Source: Nemertoderma westbladi (lineage: Eukaryota; Animalia; Xenacoelomorpha). Taken from it: a stretch of 44,698 bases of DNA. Shown here piece after piece: positions 1 through 10,293 of the stretch. The DNA is taken from contig JAUCBJ010008616.1 in assembly GCA_032718475.1 (NCBI GenBank), forward strand, positions 1-44,698, in the 5' to 3' direction. The stretch's first letter is position 1. Each line of letters starts with the position of its first letter. The position numbers were made by a program, and so were the translations under genes. Under the pieces are notes generated by a model. That model was not told the DNA's origin. It saw nothing but the letters and a program-made list of their open reading frames with translations, and did no database searches.

Positions 1-689
1 TGTAAAGATCTACCGTCTCTAGGACACTTTATTTGTGAATGATACAGCCCTTAGGTCCAGTCGGACAGATTAAGTGATTATTAAAACCAGTGTTATCAGG
101 GTCAGCATATATATGTATGTATCAACCTTATTCAGTTATTGCATACCGGTACCTCAATGTACTTATAACGCCTGATAACGGATTTACTGGGGAGTTAGAC
201 CTGGAGGGACTTTTTACTTCTAACACATATGTTCAACTGCATGTATCGTACATTTGTTGGTTGTTATCTGACTCGTTTGTAGCCCTTTATCTGCTTCTGG
301 GTTGTCTGGTTGTGCATCGTTGGTTCCTTTATGATTACCGGTGCCGATTATCGTTAAACCACCTCTATAAGAATAAAGTCAAATGGTTTCATATCTACCG
401 TTTTGCCTTCTTTGCCTGAATGTCTGAAGGGCAGAGTCGTCCGATGTCCTAACAAACAGCTTTTAGGCAACCATTAACATTTGTTATACATGCGGATCCA
501 GATAAGCGATCGTATAATATAGATGTATAGCTAAGAGAATAGAGGCATAAATTAGTTAAGATAACCGTGCTTATGAGTAGCCCATCAATCCAGGATTTCA
601 AGTTGCAGGTGATGTTCTAACCCCCTTTTTATAACACTAGATTATATATAAGTCTCGCCTTCTATAAATCTTGTGAACCGACTGCAACA
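1..689 (+). repeat. 5' LTR of element 1 (689 bp)
   Basis: Starts TGTAAAGATC and ends ACTGCAACA; AATAAA at 372-377. By eye it differs from the 3' LTR by one substitution and one 8-bp indel. Confidence 0.96.
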
Positions 690-701
690 TTAGAAGTAAA
701 A
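690..701 (+). promoter_or_regulatory. Primer-binding-site position of element 1, non-tRNA type, complementary to own LTR
   Basis: TTAGAAGTAAAA directly follows the LTR, lacks TGG, and is the reverse complement of LTR 212-223 (TTTTACTTCTAA). Confidence 0.7.
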
Positions 702-1835
702 GTCTAGCGTTGATCTGATTCAACCGGGCTATTACTGCATTTACTTTCAAATAAATAAAATTGATCACTGTAGCGGCCCTGGTGCCTCGCAGCCTGGCCC
801 ACAGTAAAATTTGTTATTTATCTTCAGATTCTAGCTGTCTATTGTCTAGAATTTCGGAAAGCGAAGCCTAGCCTGTGCTTGTCCGACCCCACAGAAAACC
901 AGACATTGCTGTAGCCAAAATAATTCCACAGACTTAATTCTGAAAATTTTCGTTAGTCTGTAAATAGGCCCAATCTGCTAATCCAATAATCACACTGCAC
1001 GGCTGCCTATGTTATAGCGGCCTATTCCTTTATTAATCAGTTGAATATTGGTTAGTAGTCTATCTATAGTGTAGGCTATTATTAATAAGGCTTACCTGCC
1101 TACTGTATTACCTTCCACCTTAGGCTGTCAGGCCCTATATATCATGTCTGCATGTAATTTCTAATAATATTACTGATATATATATATTATCTTATACATT
1201 CTGTTTGGATTTATAGATTTATTGCAGTGGTTTGTTTGTAATATCTAGCCTACTGTGCTACTGGTTGGTTGGTACCAATGGTATATTTTAATTTACCTGT
1301 AGTTTATTAACGGACTGGATTGTGATATAAATATATATTTGCTGGTAGGCCGACGTCGGGTATAGTAGTAGGCCTATAGATTATTATATAGTATGTACCA
1401 GATACCACAAGGCTTACTTGGATTTGACTAATATTACCGGTAAATTTAATTCGATATATTAAAAACTATACTGGTACCGGTAAGAAAAATATATAATTAT
1501 TTTGTAGAGTATAATTATTGACAGCACTGTATACATTAGGCCTACCTATACCGGTACGGATATATTTGTATATGGTTCTACTAGTACCGGTCTCGTACAA
1601 TTTCCACTATTCGGATATTACAATCTTTTTCAATTTTCTCTTTTACTAGGCTAATGAGTTAAAATCAGTCTTTATACGCCTGTACAGTACTAGGAATAAC
1701 ATACCGGTATCAAATGTAACTGTAAATACTTATGCACTATATAGATTACGACTAGGTCTGTAGGTTACGCTACACATATACCGGTACATATACAGTAAGT
1801 TTGTATAAAAGGATAAATTACCCTACAGTACTATA

Positions 1836-4800
1836 ATGAGTAGACCTATTCTAACAAAAGAGTTTCACTCCTCGGGTTCAGATGATTTAGGAGAATTTAA
1901 TGAAACTGTTATACAACAACAACTGGCATTGTCAGATTCTTCACAAATGAATGTCGAACGTTCAGTGATACAGCCACTAAGTGGTGCAAGAGCAAGTGGA
2001 CATGGGGAAGAAGAAGCGCAACCTTTAGAACTTCCCAGGTTTCCTAATCTATCTCTCGATGAAATGAGAGGATTTAATTCCCAAACATATATTGATAAGT
2101 TACCTATAACTCTTCCAGACGATCGTGCATATCAGAGATTCACTAAAGCTTGTGAAACATTGTATATACATTCAATTGATCCTGGTATGTCAGTGGCAGA
2201 TTTAGGCCGCAGCTTAGGTGGATATGCATCTGGAGTGACACGGTTTTTACGTTCATATGAAGCTAAGCTTCAACCTGATACGCTCCGAAGTATACAAGAT
2301 GATGAGTTGTTTGAATGGTACATGGACATTGAACATAAATTTTTTAAATTTAAGGAGATTGCGTATTGCATTCGACTCGTATCTCAATGTTTTGGGTATG
2401 TGCAGTTAGCTGAAAGAGCAAAGGCCCATTCCGAATTTTATTTTCGATGGGTGCAAAGATTATCTAAAGTGATTGCCCCAGTTGCGGGTGATGCTGGTAT
2501 GCGTCTCTTAACTGAACCGCCACCATCTGGAGGTGGATTGAGTATAATCAGTAGGTCTACCAATGGGAAGCAAGTGGAACTAGATCGCAGGGAAAATTAT
2601 CTTTTACAATCACAAGCCAGATATACTAGTCACAAGGAAAGAGTCAGCAATTATTTTGATAATACCATTCGAAATACTGAAGAGATGGATAAAGCCAACA
2701 ACAAACAACGCAGAATGAAGAGATTAATAGAAGAAGAAAAGAGACAAAACAAATTGGAGGCTTTAGAAGCAGAAAGACAAGAGCAAGAAGCGCTAGAGTG
2801 TCAACGCCAGAAAATGGAAGAATTGAAAAGCAAACGTGAGCAATATCTGGAAGTTTGCATTGATAAGGAATCCGAAATGCAGTCTATGTTAGGAAATATT
2901 ATTGAAGAGAAAAGGAAGGAGTCCCAGTCCCCCTCTAAAATATTTTCCACACTCGATGACAGGGTTGCGGCATTAGCACCTCCTTCATTTGGTAGCCTAT
3001 TCAATCCTACAGCCCCTGCGATTCAACCTTATAATGAATCGTTAAAGCGGTATCTAACACAAGAGGATGAAGAGGCAGACCCAATTTCAATGTCAGATAT
3101 TGAATATGAGATGACAGATGACAAATTTCCCTCATTACCAGATCATGGTCCGCTGACTTCAACCCTTATTGAGCCTTCCCATACAAAAATACAACAATTG
3201 AAATCTTTAGTAACATCTACAAGTAGCAAGAATTCTGATTTTAAGTCTTTGGCTTTAACCAGGGGAACACCAACTCCAGTACATCAACATTATATGGACC
3301 CGAAACCTAGAATTCCAGGGCCAGCATTATGTAGGCCTAATTTGGTTCCACCACAGATGACTGATATAGGTCACAGCGATCAACAGTGCCTTGGTTTCGT
3401 GTCCATGACAACTACATATCCAAATACATCATCCAGTATTATTACTACGTGTGTTTCACTATTGCCTGATACTAGGTCTACACCCTTGTCAACTTCAGTT
3501 AATCCAGTTAGATCGTTGACTACAGTGAATACAAGTCTCCATCCTTCCTCAATGGTTAGTAGTTATATTGGGTATAATAACTACAACACATCTAGATATC
3601 TACCATATGTTTCAGGTTTTATTCATCCTTTAACTGGAACCCCAGTGCGAGGTTATCAAGGTAATATTGCAACGACTACATTATCAAGCAGGATTATACC
3701 ATTGCCAGTACCGGTAAATGCAAAGCACCCATCTATGCCATTAGTGCAGCATCCCCAACTTTATCATAATACTGTGCCATGTTCTAATCAACTACCATAT
3801 CATTTGCCCAGTACACAGTCCCAATATACAAACCCAGAATCAAACATACATCACCAGTCACCAATTTTAAGTCAACTGGAGAGGGACTTGCTTCATGCGA
3901 ATAAAGCTAATAAGCATTTACAAGAGCAAAATAAATTACTAGCCAATCAAAATGCATGCCTACAAGATAATACATCTCAACTTCAAGACGTACTCTCTAT
4001 GCAGAAACATCAATATCATTATTCGAGGACCCCATTAATCTCTAAAACCTTGTATGATCCTTATACCAGTACATCTATTCAATCACAGACTTTGCCACCA
4101 CTGCCATCGGATACCATTACACCAGATGAATTAAAAAATTGTGTTAAGAGTGCTATTGATCGCAACACTTTGGAAATAAATAGAACATTGGATGATAGGA
4201 TTGAAGAATCATTGGCTAGATATCATGATCGCATCAATCTCCCAGGAGGAACTGCCTCTGGTCATAAACAGATACCCGGTTTGTTAAATATGTCACGATC
4301 TAGGTCAGCAAATGATGACTCTGATCTCGAAAGAACATTTGTCAAAGTGATGTCACGTATGGCCACAAATCAGACTTATCAATCAATGCCAAAGAGAGAT
4401 GCAATCAAATTTTCAGGATCATCGAATGACTGGATCCCTTTCAAACATTCATTCTTGTCTGATGTTGAATCATTGGTTATGTCACAGAGGGAAAAATTAT
4501 CTTTCCTTATAAATGCTTTAGATGGTTCACCAAAACGTCTTGTTGAAAAGTTTGTTGGTATTGATGATGGATTTGATCAAGCATGGGAAGAGCTGAAGGA
4601 TAGATATGGTAGAGATCAAACTGTGGTGCAATCATTACTTGATGGTTTAATGGAACTTCCACCATTGAAAAATTCTTATCAGACAATCGAATTCTCCGAT
4701 GAATTCACTAGAGCTTATACACAACTCGAACGTCTTGGGGAAGAGCAAGAGCTAGATAGTACGAAAGTCCTTAGGGATCTAGCAAAAAAGTTAGACAATG

Positions 4801-5273
4801 CAACACGAAGGAGATGGGCTAAGCGGAGCTTGGAGATTGAAGAAGATCCCCATAGTAATGGAAAGGTATTAGGAAAGGACTTTAAAGATTTTCTGAAACG
4901 GGAGGTAAAGGTTCTCATAAGAGATAAACTTGATGATGATAAGAAGAGAGACCCTAACAAAGATGAGAAATTGAGGGATGTGAAAAGTTGGGCAAGAGCG
5001 AATGTTGCTAAATCGTCTTCACCCATTTCAAGTGAAGACGATGATGGTGAGACAGTCATGGTTACTAAATCAAAGATTTCAAGGAATAAAACTAATTTTC
5101 CAAAGAAACAGATTAATAATGTGCATGTAAATAATGCAAAGGAAAATAAAGGTATAAGTAGTGGTGTGCTGACATTTTCTAAGGGTACTGGTGAGCTGAA
5201 ATGTGTACATTGCGGGGGGACACATACACTATATAAATGTGACAAATATTTAAAAATGTCATTAGAGCGATGA
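1836..5273 (+). CDS. gag: BEL/Pao gag with long N-terminal extension, ending at a premature TGA inside the zinc-knuckle cluster
   Basis: 1145-aa ORF. The KFSGSSNDWIPFKHSF...EKLSFLINALDG...AWEELKDRYG block is Pao-gag (DUF1759-like); CVHCGGTHTLYKC knuckle. The same frame continues past TGA 5271-5273 into CFNCLSDKHTRLHC and CRECGFAHHTTLH. Confidence 0.92.
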   Translation: MSRPILTKEFHSSGSDDLGEFNETVIQQQLALSDSSQMNVERSVIQPLSGARASGHGEEEAQPLELPRFPNLSLDEMRGFNSQTYIDKLPITLPDDRAYQRFTKACETLYIHSIDPGMSVADLGRSLGGYASGVTRFLRSYEAKLQPDTLRSIQDDELFEWYMDIEHKFFKFKEIAYCIRLVSQCFGYVQLAERAKAHSEFYFRWVQRLSKVIAPVAGDAGMRLLTEPPPSGGGLSIISRSTNGKQVELDRRENYLLQSQARYTSHKERVSNYFDNTIRNTEEMDKANNKQRRMKRLIEEEKRQNKLEALEAERQEQEALECQRQKMEELKSKREQYLEVCIDKESEMQSMLGNIIEEKRKESQSPSKIFSTLDDRVAALAPPSFGSLFNPTAPAIQPYNESLKRYLTQEDEEADPISMSDIEYEMTDDKFPSLPDHGPLTSTLIEPSHTKIQQLKSLVTSTSSKNSDFKSLALTRGTPTPVHQHYMDPKPRIPGPALCRPNLVPPQMTDIGHSDQQCLGFVSMTTTYPNTSSSIITTCVSLLPDTRSTPLSTSVNPVRSLTTVNTSLHPSSMVSSYIGYNNYNTSRYLPYVSGFIHPLTGTPVRGYQGNIATTTLSSRIIPLPVPVNAKHPSMPLVQHPQLYHNTVPCSNQLPYHLPSTQSQYTNPESNIHHQSPILSQLERDLLHANKANKHLQEQNKLLANQNACLQDNTSQLQDVLSMQKHQYHYSRTPLISKTLYDPYTSTSIQSQTLPPLPSDTITPDELKNCVKSAIDRNTLEINRTLDDRIEESLARYHDRINLPGGTASGHKQIPGLLNMSRSRSANDDSDLERTFVKVMSRMATNQTYQSMPKRDAIKFSGSSNDWIPFKHSFLSDVESLVMSQREKLSFLINALDGSPKRLVEKFVGIDDGFDQAWEELKDRYGRDQTVVQSLLDGLMELPPLKNSYQTIEFSDEFTRAYTQLERLGEEQELDSTKVLRDLAKKLDNATRRRWAKRSLEIEEDPHSNGKVLGKDFKDFLKREVKVLIRDKLDDDKKRDPNKDEKLRDVKSWARANVAKSSSPISSEDDDGETVMVTKSKISRNKTNFPKKQINNVHVNNAKENKGISSGVLTFSKGTGELKCVHCGGTHTLYKCDKYLKMSLER

Positions 5274-7831
5274 AGGGAGCTATGCAAAGAGCTTAGTTTG
5301 TGTTTCAATTGCCTATCAGATAAACATACTCGTCTACATTGTAGCAATAAGGGAAGGTGCAGAGAATGTGGCTTTGCCCACCATACTACACTTCATAAAT
5401 TGAGTCTTACTCAACGGGACAAGGATGATATTGCGTCTCATCACATAGGAACTGATACAGATTCAGATGCTGCAACTGATCATCTGGCAGATGAAGAGTT
5501 TTGCGACCTTGCTGTGATTGAACAACCTATAACCATTGGAGATGATGCCACTGTATGTAAGATTCAAAAGGGTAAAGCATCTATCAAGGAGTTCCCTATA
5601 ATTACCTTGAAGGTTGCTGGGGATATAGGTATGGCGACGATACATGCTTTGATAGACTCTGGAAGCTCGTCATCTTTTCTTGATTCATCTGTATTTAATC
5701 AAATTTTCTCTACAAAGAAGTCGAATAAATTAAATTTAACAGTTGTGACTTGGAAAAAGAATATGGATGTTGCTATTGCTAAAGGTAATCTTAGCGCATT
5801 GTGTCCAAATGATAACACAAGAGAAGCTAAGAATGTAAAGTTGATTAGTATGTTTGATCTGAGTTCATCTTTAGGTTATCCTTATGAATGGAGCAAAGAT
5901 GAATTTGTGAAAAGGAATCAAATCCCTATACCTCAATCAAATGGTAAACCAATTGAAATGCTTATAGGTCAAAATTGTCCAGAAGTGTTTCGTCACAGAG
6001 AAACTATACCTTCGAACCTGCAGCAATCGTATCAATTTTCAATTCCATTCGCAGCTCGCACTGATCTGGGATGGTTCTGCTCTGGTCCATCCGAGAGAAC
6101 GATTGCTGAACGAGAGTCCGAAACGATAAACTTTACAGACATAGCGAATGAATCTACATGCCATTGTTATGTTGAATCAGCTTTCCATGAACTTAAGGAC
6201 TTACTAGTTACTCCAATTTACAATAAAGACCCTCTGATACAAATAAAATGTATGTTGAATCAGACAAGTACTATAAAGGATGAAGACAATATTGAAGTGG
6301 AAAGAAATGATTGTAGAATGAATAGAATTAACAATTTAGAATCTGACTTTATATTGGAACAGAAGGTTCAAGCTTGGCTTGAAATGGATGCCTTTTTACC
6401 ATACGAAGTTGAGCCGGGGTTGTCAGTTGAGGAACAACGTGCCATTGATATTCAACAAAAAACTTGTAAACTTCTCCCGGATGGCCATTATGAGATCGAA
6501 CTTTTATGGCGAGATGCTAAACCTGAGCTTATTAACAACGAACCTTTAGCGCGTAAATGTGCTCTAACAATGAGAAAACGGCTTTTGCGTAACCCAGAAG
6601 TCCTCGAGATGTATAATACACAAATGCGGAAATATATTGATCAAGGATATGCTGATAGAGTTCCCCAAGAAAGTTTAGAATTTGGGCCGCGATCTTATTT
6701 TATGCCTCATCATTACGTAACTCATGCAAGTAAGCCAGGGCGAGTGAGGGTTGTTAATAATTGTGCTGCATTATATCAAGGTAAATCCCTCAACACAGAA
6801 TTAATGCCAGGTCCTAACTTATTGAGAAATTTATTTGGAATTTTATTTAGATTTCGTCAGTTTATGATTGCATTTACTTCAGATATTGAGGCGATGTTCT
6901 TGCAAGTAAGAACCACTAAGGTCGACAGTGACAGTTTAAGATATTATTGGTGGCCTGATAATTCCCTGGCGGGAGAACCAGTACAGTTTTGGATGCTTTG
7001 TCAAGCATTCGGAATCATATGTGCTCCATCAAACTCCAATTATGCTCTAAGGGTTACAGCGGATGACAATGCCCATAAATTTCCTCCGACAGTGATTGAA
7101 ACCATAAAAAAGGACATCTATATGGATGATTGCATTAAATCCACAACGACATTACCATTAGCCATGATCAATGCCCATGGAGTGCAAGATTGCCTTAAGC
7201 TTGGAGGTTTCAAATTAATCAAATTTGCAAGTAATAGTCGTGAACTTCTGGAGACATTTCCTCCTGAAGAACGAGCTCATCCTAACGTAGATCTTGACTC
7301 TGACCCATTGGTGATGCTTAAGATACTTGGTTTGAGATGGGACCCCACCATGGATCAATTTTTCTTTGATGTTAAATACCCTACTTCAGAAATAGAAGTA
7401 CTAACCAAACGTATATGTTTGTCACGTCTTGCGGGTATCTTTGACCCACTTGGTTTTCTTAATCCAACGATATTATTAGCGAAGATCTTAATCAAACGTA
7501 TGTGGAATATGGATCTTGATTGGGATGATGCTATACCAACCGAACTGTCCACAACATGGCATCAGTGGGAGCTAGGTCTCCAACAGATCAATGATTTGCG
7601 AATAGATAGGCCATATTTCGAAGATCTTCTTCAGGATCAAGATCTTGAGCTTCATACCTTTTCGGATGCCTGTGGCGAAGGCATGGGAGCGGTATCATAT
7701 TTACGATTAGAGCGAGATGGTGGTTTTCAAGTCAAAATGGAATTTCGTTCCAGGACCAATAAATCCCGCTGATCTGGCATGCCGGGGAGCCTCTGCTGAT
7801 GAACTATGCAAAGCCAATACGTGGTGGATAG
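5274..7831 (+). pseudogene. pol: Polyprotein continuation: knuckles 2-3, aspartic protease, reverse transcriptase, internally deleted RNase H
   Basis: Protease ALIDSGSSSSF; RT motifs SDIEAMFLQV and YMDD; TKRICLSRLAGIFDPLG; RNase H start LHTFSDAC. At ~7730 the reading jumps (+1 frame) to the RNase H C-terminus KWNFVPGPINPADLACRG...WWI. Confidence 0.93.
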
Positions 7832-10285
7832 TAGGGTGGTCCTTATTTCAATGTAAAATTTAAAAGTTGTGGAAATTCTCCTCTGACCCCCCCAAGTCCT
7901 TTCTTCTGATAAAAAAACACCTTGAGTAAAGTTTGAACACAAATGATATATATTTAGAGGTAGCTCAAACACCCTGAAGTTGAGCGTTTGGACACCATTT
8001 GATCGCGCGCGAAGAATATAATGGAGTTTGCTGATATTAAGGCTTCTGTTGGTCGTACAGAGTTAATTTTAGGCTTATTTGAACCGCAATCATCGATTTA
8101 GTGGGTGTAGATAGCTTCAAAACAAGTGCTAAGCTAGTAGTTCTTGAGATATCACACAAAAGCTTAAACCCGGCACAACTCATCAATCGATCATTCAATT
8201 GATTACGCCTAGGAGATATTGAAATATTGGCATTAACATTTTGTAGGTCTACCTCCCTGCATCTTATTTCAGTTAATCTCGATGTTAGCATTGTCTAACC
8301 ATTCAAAGCTATGTTTAGTAAAAAAAAAAATTCATCACAACCCCATGGGAAATGCTTGCACAAGCATCACTAATTTGTGTCTAAGCTCCATTTGCTACAA
8401 TATCAATAATTTACCACAAAACTTAACTTTTGGTTAATTATATCTAGGAACTGTTTGTTTAATTTGATTTGGACTGATTTTAAGGTGCAGAATCCAAAAA
8501 TCTCATCTGATTTGAATTTTAAAATGATATAGTGCATGATATACAACAATACCATACTGTACTTCAAAGCATATTAAAAGGATTGATAGATACAGAGATA
8601 TGTGCATCCAGCGACCATAAGAGTACTATATGGGAAGAAGCTTTGAACATATGCATTATACATAATTAGACAGTGCTGATTCCAAATCTGATTTCAGATT
8701 TGCCCTACCCCATCAAGTTTTCTCACAATTGCCAATTTGAATTCAAAAAACTTATCGCAAACGACTATGATGAGTGATGTAGATTCAAAAGAGAATCAAA
8801 TATGCTCAAAATCAATCTAAATCATTGAAAGGAGCTTTCTTTATATGAATTATATATAATTAAAACAATGTTGATTCTAAATCTGCTTTCATATTTGCCA
8901 TAGCATATCAAGTTATTTTCAAAATTACCAATTTAAGTTCAAATTACTTATCGCGAACAATTGTAAGGAGAGAAGTTGATTCAAAAAGAATCAAATATGC
9001 TCCAAATCAATATAAAGCATGAAAAAGAGCTTTGTTAATTTGAGTTATATATTAAACAATGCAATCTATATGGTGAATCTACTATCAGATTTACCATAGC
9101 ATATGTTGTAGATTGATTTGGGGGTGTATTTTATTATTATTGAATCTACTTTTACTCATAATAATTGTTTGCGATAAGTAATTTGAACTTAAATTGGCAA
9201 ATGTAAAAAAAACTTGATATCCTATGGCAGTATGGCAAATATTGAAGCAGATTTGGAATCAGCATCGTTTAAAAATATATAATTCATATAAACAAAGCTC
9301 CATTCAATGTTTTGGATTGATTTTGGGCATATTTGATTCTCATTTGAATCTACGCCACTCATCACAGTCATTTGCAATAAGTTTTTGAACTCAAAGTGGC
9401 AATTGTGAAAAAACTTGATGTGGTAGGGCAAATCTGAAATCAGATGTGGAATCAGCATTGCCTAATTATGTATAATACATATGTGCAAAGCTTCTTCCCA
9501 TATATTAGTTCTCTTTTGGTCACTGGATGCACATATCTCTACATCTATCAATCCTTATCTTAAAATGCTTTGAAGTACAGTATAGTATTCAGGTATTGTT
9601 GTATATCATTTTAAAATACAAATCAAATGCGATTTTGGGTTCTGCACTTAAAATCAGTCAAAATCAAATTAAACGAACAGTTCATAGATATAATTAACCA
9701 AAAGTTAAGTTTTGTGGCCAATTATTGATATCGTACCAAATGGCACTAATGCACAAATTAGTGATGCTTGTGCAAGCATTTCCCATGGGGTTGTGATGAA
9801 TTTTTTTTTCCTAAACATAGCTTTGAATGGTTATACAATGCTAAAATCGAGATTAACTGAAATAAGATGCAGGGAGGTAGACCTACAAAATGTTAATGCC
9901 AATATTTCAATATGTCCTTGGCGTAATCAATTGAATGATCGATTGATGAGTTGTGCCAGGCTTAAGCTTTTGTGTGATATCTCAAGAACTACTAGCTTAG
10001 CATTTGTTTTGAAGGTATCTACACCCACTAAATCGATGACTGCGGTTCAAATAAGCCTAAAATTAACTCTGTACGACCAATAGAACCCTTATATCAGCAA
10101 ACTCCATTATATTCTTCGCGCGCGATCAATCGGTGACCAGACACTCAACTTCAGTGTGTTTGAGCTACCTCTAATATTTGATGTACATGCTTAAAATTTC
10201 GCATGTCGTATTTTTTGACGAAGTGGAAACATTTGAGGGGGTCAGAGATGATAAATTCCAACCTTTCAAAATAAGGACCACCCTA
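7832..10285. mobile_element. Non-autonomous hAT-type DNA transposon with ~1.1-kb foldback arms, nested in element 1
   Basis: 17-bp TIR TAGGGTGGTCCTTATTT / AAATAAGGACCACCCTA; perfect 8-bp TSD GTGGATAG at 7824-7831 and 10286-10293. Removing it restores WWIGPEFLSRGKNHWP in frame. No transposase ORF. Confidence 0.92.
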
Positions 10286-10293
10286 GTGGATAG

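Noticed and set aside
90-419. 109-aa ORF in the element 1 LTR
   Set aside because: Non-ATG start, no motif, and it lies in LTR sequence; probably a chance ORF.
8037-10083. Paired ORFs 8037-8291 and 9712-10083 as duplicated genes or a transposase
   Set aside because: They are mirror translations of the inverted arms and have no transposase motifs.
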